From NCBI GenBank assembly GCA_965644315.1, contig CBFFRQ010000008.1, positions 42,927 through 106,926 of the forward strand: a stretch of 64,000 nucleotides of DNA, written 5' to 3'. The notes below the pieces were generated by a model. The model did no database searches. It saw nothing but the letters and a program-made list of their open reading frames with translations, and had not been told where the DNA came from. Below are positions 52,632-62,723 of this stretch, piece by piece. The stretch is from Caecitellus pseudoparvulus (taxonomy: Eukaryota; Protista; Bigyra: Bicosoecida). A program made the position numbers and the translations under genes. The stretch's first letter is position 1. Each line of letters opens with the position of its first letter.

Positions 52632-54737
52632 ATGTCGGGGCTAGGGGTACAGGTGTCTTCAGCCCGGGCATCGGCGCCCAGCTTCTCATTTGGCAGCCGG
52701 ACGAGTGGGCCTCGTTCCAACGCGGAGCTTGGACCTGGGCCGGGGAATTATGAGGTGCGGGGAGACCCAGGCAGCGCAGTAGTCAGCCACCAGCATGCCA
52801 TGCCCAAGGTACGTGTGCAGCCTGCTTCTGAGCTGTGCTTGCCTGCTCCTTCACTCGCGGGCTCCTGTCGGCCTTCTCAGCTCTCGTTTGGCAAGGCCAG
52901 TCGGCTGCCAAGTGATGCTGGAGCCCGAGGCACCCCGGGCCCTGCAGAGTATGCTGGCTCAACGAGTGGACTTGGAAAGCAAGCGAATTCTCGTCATGCA
53001 TCCAGTGCGGCGTTCTCGCTGTCTGGGAGGCCAAGGGTGGGTAGGGGCGTCAAATGGTGAAACCGCAGCGACCGTCGCATGCAACAGGATTGTCGTGTCT
53101 TCTCACAGGGCTTTCACGGCGATGGTGTGACCAGGAGCTCAGCAGGACGTGCCAGCGCAGACGAAGCACCGGGTCCTGGCGCATATTCCCAAGATGGTGC
53201 TGCAGTCATTGGTGCTCGGCGAGTGACGGGGCTGATCCCGTCTGCTCCAGCCTATGGCTTCTCACAGTCGGCACGATTCAAGGACTCTACATCACGCGGA
53301 CCTAAAGTGAAGGCAGGCATGGACAGTGGCGGAGCTCCGTCGCCGGTGCAGTACGATGCAGCGGCTGGTCTCGCCCTGACACGGCCGACCGCACCAGGCT
53401 TTAGCTTTGGGCGCAAGTCACCGTCGCTGCCTGCCGCTGCGACGGTGCGGGCGGCAGAGCGCGCAGCTGAGGAAGAGGCAGCACGTAGGGCGGTGCTGCC
53501 CCTTGAAGGGGATGTGTCGTTGGCACCCTTCCAGTCCCTGGGCAGGCAGCTCACGTCAGGCCGTCGAACGGCGCCAGGGTTCAGTTTTGGTGGCGGGCGG
53601 CGGGGAGGCTCTGCAGGCTCCACCGCTTTCCACACGCCAAGCCCCTTGGACTACCAAGGCGAGAGAGGCGGCATTTCGGGGCCAAGATCAGCTCGAGCTC
53701 GCACGGCAGTGTCTCAGGCCCGGAACCCGCCAGGCACAAGCTTCGGCAAACCTGCCAAGTCACAATCACGAGCAGCCCTGTCCCGCTCAGACCCGAAAGC
53801 CGCGCTGCAGGCCGAAGAAAGCATTAAGAACAAGCTGCAGGCTGCAGAGGCACGCAGGGATGCGCTGAAGAAGGGCGGGGGCCGTTCCGGTGCTGCGGTG
53901 GGGCGGGCGGCGCCTGCGTATTCGTTTGGCACAAAACCGGCCACAGCGCGAACTGCTCGCAGCGACAGCCCTGGTCCCGCCGCGTACACGCCAACACCAA
54001 GCACTCTGGGTGGGGGCGGCGGCCCAGTGCTGCGCAGTCGCACAGCGTTCACTGGCGTGCGCAACCAACGCCTCGCGAGAGACGTGCTGGACACTCCGGC
54101 GCCAGGCGCATACGGGATTCCTGATCCAGTCGCAGCACGGCGGCGGAATGTGCCTTCGGCTCGTTTCGGTCTCTCGCCCAGCACCACGAGTCGGGGGCGT
54201 ACGCAGGACAAGCAACGCTCAACACGCGCACGAGCCCCTCGCAAACTCAACGGCGCGGCAGGGGCCCAGCAGAAACGTGCGGCAGCACTGTCCACATGGA
54301 AAGCACGCCCTTCAGAAGAGTCCCCTGGGCCGGGCACATACCAGCCTGACATGTCGCCTGTGAAGCCCGCTGCCCCAGCGTTCTCCCTTGGTGGCAAGGC
54401 ACGGGAAACGCTGGCAAAGCCGGCTACCGCTGACGAAGAGGCACAGGTGGCCGCCCTCCGAGAGCGCAGCCAAGGATCCAGCACTCAGTCCATGTTTGGT
54501 CGCCAAGTTACACATCGCAGCGCGCCAGCGTATGGCTTCGGCAGCGCACCTGCGCGAAGCGGGTTGACTCGTGAGCAGCGCGAAGCAGCCGAAACGCCAG
54601 GCCCTGGTGCATTTGCAGGCGACATGAGCATCCACTCGTTCCGTGAAGCACCCTCCACGCTGGCCAAGGCGCGAGCCAAGGCCGCCATGCAGTCCCGTGA
54701 TAATGTGAAGAAACGCAGCAGCAAGTCCCGCGCCTGA
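52632..54737 (+). CDS. SHIPPO-1/ODF3/STPG-like PGP-repeat flagellar protein, with 5' introns
   Basis: Repeated (T/S)PGPG.Y motifs (PGPGNY, PGPAEY, PGPGAY, PGPAAY, PGPGTY) alternating with AP.(F/Y)(S/G)FG. Confidence 0.85.
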
Positions 54738-55183
54738 GTGGATCTTTTCGTTTTGCTGGAGCGCAATGCACGGTGCTCGGCTGCCAGTCCAACCGTAGTG
54801 GCAAATGAGCTTGTGGCACCGGCGTAAATTCGGCCAGACAGACAGTGTAATCTGTACTCACAAACCGATACAAGCTGAGGTGGGTGGCACAGCGATACAA
54901 CAGTTGTATGTGGACGTCAAGCCTTATACCCGTCGTGTGAGCTCTTATTCAAGCATGTTGGACCGTGAAATCAAATGTTAACCCCAACAATCAGCTAGGC
55001 ACAGTGGACATACCATGCCTGCACCTCTGACACGTATGTTTACGGACAAAGGCTTGGTTGCAGTGTCCAAGCAGTGCTTGGCTGAGAGGGCGTGGCAAAC
55101 TCCGCAGCAAACCCAGTTGGGCTTGACCGCGTGCAGCGGCGCTGAAGGCCACAGAAACCCCGACTTGCACACGTGTGGGCGTG

Positions 55184-56815
55184 ATGGCAGACGAAGATGG
55201 CCCCCCAGGGGACACTGTCGTCCCTGAGCCAGCACCTGTGTCAGCGCAGCCGTCTTCCCCGACTGCAGAGGCAGTGGTGCCTGATGCTGCAGTGGCGCCG
55301 TCGGCACCCCCAGCTCACTGGGACCACAGCCAGGCAAGCCACGGCGATAGTGTGCAGGCCCCTCAGCCCTCAGGCATGCCAGCGCCCAAGCTGTTCGTTG
55401 GACAGCTGCCCAAGGAGGCTGGCGAGGCAGAGGTGAGTGGCAGGCGCGGGAGCGGAGTTTCATGTGCGGAACGTGAAACGCTGGCTGCCCTCGCCCCCGT
55501 CGCAGTTGTGTGCTGTGTTCGAGCCGTATGGGCGGATTGTGGAGTTCAAGATCCTCAAGTTTCGTGACACGGGCGATTCGAGGGGGTGTGGCTTCATCAC
55601 CTTCGCAGACAAGGCCTCTGCCGATGCCGCCATGGCAGCTCTGGACAAACAGCACACTTGGCCTGGCATGCGGAACCCGATGACGGTGGCGCCGGCACAC
55701 ACGGACAGGGAGCGCCAGTCTCGCGCACCCCAGCCCCCACCTGCCCAGGCATACCACCACCATGGCCCGGGTGGCTTCATGGGCGGCCCCCCTCCAATGG
55801 ACGGTGGCCCAGCCAAGCTGTTCGTGGGCATGATGCCCTTCAGCACGACGGAGCAGGAGATGCAGGGCGTGTTCGGCGTGTTCGGGCAGATCCAGAACGC
55901 AGTCGTGCTGACGAAGCCAGACGGCAGCAGCAAGGGTTGTGGCTTCATCACATTTGCAACGCAGCAGGCAGCAATGGCAGCCATCTCAGCGATGAACGGC
56001 TCACAGACGGCGTTTTCGCCGGCAGGCCACCGCGCCCTCACAGTCAAATTCGCCGACTCGCCCCGGGACAGGGATGCCCGGAGGGGGGGTGCAGGGGGAC
56101 AGGGACCCCCCCCCCCTGCGTGGGGACAGGGACCCCCCCCTCACCCTGGCTGGGGACCCCCCCCCGCTGGTTGGGGGGCAGCACCTCACCCGGCCGCCCC
56201 CCCCTCACCCTGGGGCATGTCCCCTGCAGGGGGGCAGTGGCCAGGTGCGGCAGCCCCCCTCACACCCCTCAGCCCAGCCATGGGGACCCCCCCAGCCCAA
56301 GGCGGAGGACAGTGGCCAGCCCATCCTACAGCACCCCCCCCAAGCGGGGTGGGGAGGGGGGCCTACCCCCCTACGCCCCCCTCCCCAGCCCATGCACGCG
56401 GCGGGCTGGGGCCAGGGGGGGCATGGGGGGTCATGCACCCCCCTGGCCAACCCCCAGCGGGGGGGCTGGAGCCTACGCGCCGCCCCCCGCCAGCGGGCCG
56501 CCCCCCGTCCAGCCAGCGCAGTGGCCCCCTGGCTGCAACTTGTTTGTGTACAACATTCCAGCCATGTTCAGTGACTCCGACTTGGGCAGCACCTTCGCCC
56601 CATTCGGCAACGTGGTGTCCACCAAGGTGTTTGTGGACAAGGCCACTGGGCGCTCCAAGGGCTTCGGCTTTGTGTCGTACGACAACCCCGAGGCCGCCTC
56701 TGCCGCCATCGCCGCAATGGACGGCGCCAGTCTCGAGCCAGGGCGCACTCTGAAGGTGAGTCTGAAGACCGCAAAGGGGGTGGGGGGGGGCGGCCGAGGC
56801 AACAGGCCCTTCTGA
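55184..56815 (+). CDS. CELF/Bruno/FCA-like RNA-binding protein with three RRMs; intron 55433-55505; apparent frameshift in the G/C-homopolymer linker
   Basis: RRM1 KLFVGQLPK...SRGCGFITF; RRM2 KLFVGMMP...SKGCGFITF...LTVKFAD; RRM3 GCNLFVYNIP...FGNVVSTKVFVDKATGRSKGFGFVSYDN lies in a different frame. Confidence 0.85.
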
Positions 56816-57007
56816 TGGCGAGAGGCTTCCGTTCGTGCGGAGCAGGTCTGTGCCACAGGCAATTCACGCATTCAGCACTGATTTGACGCCCTTGTCTCGG
56901 GGCGGTGCGGGCACCTGCCCTCCTGTTGTGACGTGCAAACGCCTCACGCCACCAGCATGCCATCCCTCGCCCACACTTTGGCAGTGCGTGCAGCACAGGG
57001 CACAGCC

Positions 57008-58468
57008 ATGCGCTATGGCAGTGTGCACGCAGCTTCTGGCAATGCAAGACGGTATGCGAAACCCGACTCACGGGCCGCTTCGTCTGCTCTGGACGGCGTG
57101 GCGGCGGCAGCTGCCTGCAGCGCAGGAAACGCCAGCCAGCGTCGCCGCGACACGGCCATGCCTGCCCTACCGTCTGCAGCGAGTGGGCGAAGCAGACAGC
57201 AGGACAAGAGACGACGGAAACATGAAAGATCTTCACTGCATTTCTCCGGCACCACTCCATCCAGCGCCGTGCACGCCAAGCGCCGTGGGCACTTGGCTCG
57301 AGCTGCTGAGACTGCGGCAAACTCGGCTGAAGCGGTGGCCGCGCGACAGCTAGCAGCGGAGGAGGAGGCTGACAAGGCAGCCACCCGTGCCAAAGTGCAG
57401 GCAGCTGCCGCAGCCCGCAACGCCGCCATGCGGAAGTCCCTGGCCCTTCAGCGGCGTGGCGCGCAGCTCGTGCTGCAGGCTGAGGCAGCCGAAGCGGCCG
57501 CTGTGACTCGCGCAGTGGCCGAGGCAGAGGCAGCAGCAGCGGAGCGCGCAGCAGCACAGCGGCGCCAGCGCAAGCAGGCCCAGCGAGAAGCCACCGCCGC
57601 CCTGCAGGCGAAAAATGCGGAGCGCGCGGCAGCCCAGGCAGCCGAGGCGGCGCAGGCGGCGGCAGACCAGCGCAGAGCCCAGGCAGCTGCCAAGGCTGCG
57701 GCGGCGGAGGAGGCAGCGCGGCGGCGCGAGAGGCGGCGGGAGCACATGGCCACTGTGGCCAGCAATGAGGGCTCCATTGCCGCCCACCGCGCAGCCGTGG
57801 CTGCGGAAGCGGCACGTGAAGAGGCTGCAGCTGTACAGGCGCAAGCGGTGGCTGAGCGGCGGGCGGCGCAACGCGAAGAGGAGGTACGGCGGACGACAGC
57901 GTTCAAGGTGCGGCGCGTGAACCACAGTGCCTTCATCACACGCACGCTGGAGGAAGACGAGGCACGCGCACAGGCTGTGCAGACGCAAGCCATGGCGAAA
58001 CGCTTCGCGGCCGAGGCAGCAGCTGAGCGTGAGGCAGCAGCACGACGCAAGGCTGCAGCCAAGGCGGTGCAGCGGGAGAACGCCCGTTTGCTGAGAGGAA
58101 AATTGCGTGCAGAGGCAGCTGAGGCCACTGCGGCGTATGAGGAGGGCGTGGCTGCCAATCGCGCCGCCAACGCAGCCACCCACCGCAGGCGTGCAGAGGG
58201 ACGGGCGGCACATTTGCGCGCGCAGAAACGCACTGCGGCGTTGCTGCGGGACGCAGCGGCGCAGCACGCCGAGGCAAAAGCAGCCCAAGACACGGCCCTG
58301 GCTGCCCAGGAAAGTGCTTTGAACCGGCGGCGGTTCACAAACACCCGTGTGGCGTCTGGTCTGGGCCTGGACACGGATGCCGTCCGGGCACAGCAGCAGG
58401 AGAAGGGCAAGGCAGGTGCACGGCGCATCGCCAACGCCCAGCTGCACAGCCACGTCCGGCTGTGGTGA
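57008..58468 (+). CDS. Ala/Arg/Glu-rich coiled-coil protein (possibly trichoplein/TPH-like ciliary protein); start uncertain
   Basis: Long open frame with heptad-like AEAAAERAAAQRR composition. Confidence 0.55.
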   Translation: MRYGSVHAASGNARRYAKPDSRAASSALDGVAAAAACSAGNASQRRRDTAMPALPSAASGRSRQQDKRRRKHERSSLHFSGTTPSSAVHAKRRGHLARAAETAANSAEAVAARQLAAEEEADKAATRAKVQAAAAARNAAMRKSLALQRRGAQLVLQAEAAEAAAVTRAVAEAEAAAAERAAAQRRQRKQAQREATAALQAKNAERAAAQAAEAAQAAADQRRAQAAAKAAAAEEAARRRERRREHMATVASNEGSIAAHRAAVAAEAAREEAAAVQAQAVAERRAAQREEEVRRTTAFKVRRVNHSAFITRTLEEDEARAQAVQTQAMAKRFAAEAAAEREAAARRKAAAKAVQRENARLLRGKLRAEAAEATAAYEEGVAANRAANAATHRRRAEGRAAHLRAQKRTAALLRDAAAQHAEAKAAQDTALAAQESALNRRRFTNTRVASGLGLDTDAVRAQQQEKGKAGARRIANAQLHSHVRLW

Positions 58469-58480
58469 ATGCACTGGCGC

Positions 58481-59030
58481 TCAAGGGTCGCTGCTAGCGG
58501 CGGCGTGCGTGAGCTTGTTGCGAAGAGCTGCCGCGAGGCCGGGCTCTGGGCGGCTCAGCGTGAACACGATGGTGCCGTGGGATTTCTGGGCACCGAGGGC
58601 TGGCCAGGACAGGCATGGGAGTGCCGTGAACTATGAGCTATCTGAAGTACCAAGCCTGGCGCGGGCGAGGCGGCACGCACTGCTGAACGGGACCGGTGTG
58701 CCTTGCTGCAAGGCTGCCGTGGCCACTGCCTGGTCGTCTGACCTGTCCAGCAGCAGCGTATCGCCAAGGTCCTCCACAAAAGTGCCATGCAGCACATATG
58801 CGCCCAGGTGCATGACAGGGGCCTCGGTGTCCAAGCCCTGTGCAGGGGCCCAGCCGGGGCCTCGGAGTGCTTTGGGCTGTCACCATCTCGGCACGCTACT
58901 TGCTCACCTGGATTGTCATGCCTGTGTCAGCAGTGACGTGGGACAGCAAAGGTTCCTGTGCCAGCTCTGGGATCTGAATGACGAACTGCCGCTCCTCCAC
59001 CTCTGCGCCTGCCTGGGCAGGTGCAGCCAT
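58481..59030 (-). CDS. TFIIIC subunit 6 (triple-barrel domain)-like small protein; intron 58907-58838, 3' exon inferred
   Basis: EERQFVIQIPEL...MTIQ|GLDTEAPVMHLGAYVLHGTFVEDLGDTLLL resembles the GTF3C6 core G.DTE.P.L......F.G.Y....GT... Confidence 0.65.
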
Positions 59031-59249
59031 GCGAGGTTGTTGGGTGTGCTGGCAACCCTGCTCAAATTCCGCGCTCAATCAAAGCCCGTGGCTGCACTCG
59101 CGACAGGCCCGCAAAATGAACACCTCACAAATTAAAATTTCTGCCATTGAATGCATGGGCAAGTTTTGATTTGCCCCTGCCCCTTTTCTGCCGTGTGCAG
59201 ACTTGTGAGCGTGCAGCATCACCTTTGCATTGCGGCGCCTTCCGTTGCA

Positions 59250-62200
59250 ATGCGTTTCGGCGGGTTGACAAGCGTGGCAGCAGCCCTCTGGGCGTGTGCT
59301 GCCCTGGGCCTGGCAGCAGGGTCCATCCATGACATGTACGACGCACATAGTGCAGAGGAAGTCTCGTTCACATCCACTGAAGACCTAGGGCACGCTGTGG
59401 ACGCGGGGCTGCGTGCCTTTGTGGACAGCGCCGTGGCAGCAGGCAACGGAGACAAGCTGACGGAGCGATGCCAGCGCTTCCCGTTCATCTGCACTATTGA
59501 ACCCGAGAGCAAGGAGCTGATTCGGGAGTTTGCCATGAGCATTGCGAAGGAGCGCCTGCTGGAGCGCGACGTTGACGACTACGTAGACACGGTGCAAACG
59601 ATCTTGCCACGCCTGACTGCGGAAGACATTGCGATGCTTCCAGCGCCGGGTGCACAGGGGGCCGTCGATAGCGACGGCTCAGTGGTGCCCCTGGAACAGG
59701 AGAATGCCGTCATGGCCTACACAAAGTCCATGAAGGTTATGGAGGACGTCGTGAACGGCGCCATTTCGCTGTCGGGCGCCTTCCCTGCTCAAACCGATGT
59801 GCAGGAGTGGGTGGGTGAGGCCAAGCGGCACCGCGTGGACAAGCGCAAGCACACATACCGCACTCTTTTCATTGGCATTGAGGAGGGGTTGGACCCCAAG
59901 TACCTCATTGCCCTGCACCACCGCGAAGGCGAAGTGGCCGCGCACAACACCAGCTCCCTCATCCAGGATGGCGCCAAGCAGGAAGAAATGGAGGACTGGT
60001 TCGTGGCTGGCGGCGGCAAGATGAACTTTGCAGAGCCTGCCCACACCGACTCCATGAACAGCAGCACGCGCTTCACGGGGCTAGAGACGTTGGAGGCGGT
60101 GGGGGACCAGGATGAGGTGCTGAAGGTACCCGTGGAGCTGACCATGTCGCAGCACACGCTGAAGATGGTCAAGTACAGGGACACCCGCAAGCTATCCGAC
60201 AAGATGAAGCCCGTCTTCCAGAGGAACCAAGTGTGGGGCCTCACCGCCTTCTTTCTCTACGAACACGCCAAAGGCAAGGACTCCAAGTGGTGGCCGTTCC
60301 TGCAGAACCTGCGCATGAAGCTGCTGCGGAAGGAGGTGGTGGCAGAGCTGCGTGGCACCAGCGCGGAGGGCCTGCTGAAGGCCTGGGACCAAGACGCCGA
60401 ACACATGATGTCCTTCCTGCGCAAGCACGACTCTCTCGGCTGCGGGCACGACTTCGACAACGTCTGCGGCAACATGGACTCGCTGGCCAAGATCCGGTGG
60501 GGCCTCGCCATCGTCCGCGCCAACGCGGTGTGGATCAACAGGCCGACGACCACTGGCAGGTTCCTGGCTCTGGTGCCGTACGCCCACCTGCTGAAGCACG
60601 CCCCTGGCTCCACCTCCCGCATGGTCCTGCACTTTGACAACCACATCCGCCTTCACGCGGGGGAGCACCCTGCTGGGGTTATGCTGGGCATGGATAAGGG
60701 GCCGGTGAGCAACTGTGAGAGCCTGCTGCTGTTCCATGAAGTGCCCAAGGATAACCCTGAAGATGGCGTGCGCCTCTTTCTCCCTGGAGTGCCCGTGGAC
60801 AACCACGACTTGTACCTGTTCCTGGACACCCTCATTGAATGGCGGCGCCTGCTGCGGTACCCGCCCAAGAGCGGCGACCTGTGGGATGCCTCCCGCAAGC
60901 TGCACTTGTACGGGGACGAGTTTGACGAAGACGAGGAGAAAGCCATGGAGGCAGCCAACAAGCTGCTTGCTGGCCAGCGTGTGCAGGTGGAGAACTCCGA
61001 GCAGCACCTGTTGCTGCTGGGCGCCGCTGACTCGAAAGCTGAGGCCCAGGCGTTGATCCTGGCGGAAACCAACCCCCTTGCCGCAAAGTACGCCCCCTCC
61101 CATGCACAGCTGTACGCTGCAGCGAAGCCCGAGAGCGACGATGATGACGTCGCCAAGGCCCAGCGAGCCATGTCAAACGCGGCGCTGGAGTTGCAGGATG
61201 CCATCGCCGCGGACCACGACGAGCCCAGCGTGCTGAAGACCCTGAACCGCACGACTGCGTTCTACAATGACGGCGTGCGGCCCAGGCCAGGCATGGATGA
61301 GGTGGACAAGCTGATGAAGCGGAAGAAGGAGCTGCTGTCTGACTGCGGCAATGGCGCGGACCACAAAGTCAAGTACGGCAACATCACCAGCCAGCTGCTG
61401 TGTGCCATCCGCACGCACATCATCCACGAGACGGAGCTGGACTTCCTGTGCCCGCCTGGCCCCCACCCATTCCACGATCACGAGTGCAACTGCGACGACT
61501 TCCCCCCCGCTGGCGGCTGTGAAGGCAGCCACAAGAGCTTCAACACGAGCCAGGCCATCACAGTTGCGAACGAGGAGAAGACACTGGAGGCACTGCTGAA
61601 CGTTATCCAGGACATGCGGGAAAGCTCCCCCGGGACGATTGAGAGTGACCAGGCCGCTCTGGCGGCTGCCCGGCGATCCAAGGCAGGGCCACTTCGCACG
61701 GCAGCCATTGCCATCCGCCTGCGTGAGAAGGAGATCCTGGAAGAGGCAGTGAGGGTGGTGAAGGGGCTGCAGGCCAACATGAACAGCAGCGACTTCCAGG
61801 TGGAAGCCATCATGCAGGAGCAGGCTGCGGCAGAGGCCCTGCGCTTGCAGCGCCTGGAGTCGTTGAAGGAATACGCTGCGCGAGGCAAGGCGGACCGCAT
61901 CGCGTACTCCATCAACGTGACTCTGGATGACGCGCAGACAGGCGCCCTGAAGGAGGTCCCGCTGCGGGTGCGCAAGGGGAAGGACCTGGATGAATTGGTG
62001 CGGAAGTTTGCCATGAAGTATGCCCTCACAGAAGCCGGTGCGCAAAGCCTGAAGGCGTCCCTCATTGAGCGTGCGCCCACTGTGGAGCCGTACCAGGCAA
62101 CCGCCACGACGGTGGTGCCTGGTGGCTTCCGCAAGACGCTCGTCATTGCCCAAGGCGCCAACACGACGGAGGCCGTGTACGAATTCGCCGCTGTGAACAA

Positions 62201-62690
62201 CATCACCCAGGGCGAACCCCTTGAGACGCACGCCGGCGTGCAGCACCTGCTGAGCGTCATGGAGGCCAAGGTGGCCGCTCGGGCCAAGCGCCAGCCGCTG
62301 CTTGTGGTGCCGGTGGACGGCCCCGACGGGCGCAAACTGCACTTCGAAGTGCGGCAGGGCGAGCAGCACGACATCTATGACACAGCCCTGCAGTTCGTCA
62401 ATGCGTACGGCATCCACAACTCTTTCGCAGAGACCATCGCCAACGCCGCGCACCAGCGCATGCCCCAGCAGCTGGCCGAGTTCCCCGTGAACATGGGCAG
62501 CATGTCGCCCCCCTTCCGCGTGCGAGCAGGGGATGACCTGACTGTCACCATCCAAGGCTTCATCGACATGTACGGCCTGGCTGACAACGCCATGGTAGCC
62601 ATTCGCACGCAGGCGGCTTCCATGCTGCCGCCTGGTTCGCCTGTTCGGGGATTGGAGGGCGCCGACGACGACGAGGAGGAGGACTTCTAG
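59250..62690 (+). CDS. Signal-peptide-bearing Rubisco-LSMT/SETD3-type SET-fold protein with four C-terminal repeats and acidic tail
   Basis: MRFGGLTSVAAALWACAALGLAAG; WFVAGGG...VLKVPVELTMS...FFLYEHAKGKDSKWWPFLQNL...RWGLAIVRANAV...ALVPYAHLLKH; ANEEKTLEALL...TIESDQAAL...AIAIRLREKEIL resembles the LSMT substrate-binding domain. Confidence 0.78.
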   Translation: MRFGGLTSVAAALWACAALGLAAGSIHDMYDAHSAEEVSFTSTEDLGHAVDAGLRAFVDSAVAAGNGDKLTERCQRFPFICTIEPESKELIREFAMSIAKERLLERDVDDYVDTVQTILPRLTAEDIAMLPAPGAQGAVDSDGSVVPLEQENAVMAYTKSMKVMEDVVNGAISLSGAFPAQTDVQEWVGEAKRHRVDKRKHTYRTLFIGIEEGLDPKYLIALHHREGEVAAHNTSSLIQDGAKQEEMEDWFVAGGGKMNFAEPAHTDSMNSSTRFTGLETLEAVGDQDEVLKVPVELTMSQHTLKMVKYRDTRKLSDKMKPVFQRNQVWGLTAFFLYEHAKGKDSKWWPFLQNLRMKLLRKEVVAELRGTSAEGLLKAWDQDAEHMMSFLRKHDSLGCGHDFDNVCGNMDSLAKIRWGLAIVRANAVWINRPTTTGRFLALVPYAHLLKHAPGSTSRMVLHFDNHIRLHAGEHPAGVMLGMDKGPVSNCESLLLFHEVPKDNPEDGVRLFLPGVPVDNHDLYLFLDTLIEWRRLLRYPPKSGDLWDASRKLHLYGDEFDEDEEKAMEAANKLLAGQRVQVENSEQHLLLLGAADSKAEAQALILAETNPLAAKYAPSHAQLYAAAKPESDDDDVAKAQRAMSNAALELQDAIAADHDEPSVLKTLNRTTAFYNDGVRPRPGMDEVDKLMKRKKELLSDCGNGADHKVKYGNITSQLLCAIRTHIIHETELDFLCPPGPHPFHDHECNCDDFPPAGGCEGSHKSFNTSQAITVANEEKTLEALLNVIQDMRESSPGTIESDQAALAAARRSKAGPLRTAAIAIRLREKEILEEAVRVVKGLQANMNSSDFQVEAIMQEQAAAEALRLQRLESLKEYAARGKADRIAYSINVTLDDAQTGALKEVPLRVRKGKDLDELVRKFAMKYALTEAGAQSLKASLIERAPTVEPYQATATTVVPGGFRKTLVIAQGANTTEAVYEFAAVNNITQGEPLETHAGVQHLLSVMEAKVAARAKRQPLLVVPVDGPDGRKLHFEVRQGEQHDIYDTALQFVNAYGIHNSFAETIANAAHQRMPQQLAEFPVNMGSMSPPFRVRAGDDLTVTIQGFIDMYGLADNAMVAIRTQAASMLPPGSPVRGLEGADDDEEEDF

Positions 62691-62723
62691 AGCCCCCCCC
62701 CCTTCTCAGCAGAATGCATGGGC

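Noticed and set aside
52632-54737. CRISPR-like or DNA-level repeat array
   Set aside because: The periodicity is at the protein level (PGP repeats) with degenerate codons. I recognised no CRISPR, tRNA or rRNA anywhere in the window.
56090-56530. Programmed frameshift between RRM2 and RRM3 of the CELF-like gene
   Set aside because: The linker is full of G/C homopolymers. One extra C in the run at 56525-56529 restores the CELF-like QRSGPPGCNLF, so a sequencing indel is more likely.
1482-62555. Many long antisense or overlapping ORFs (e.g. 1482-2837, 3765-4751, 57350-58474, 61173-62555)
   Set aside because: These are shadow frames expected from high GC and codon bias opposite real genes; they show no motifs.
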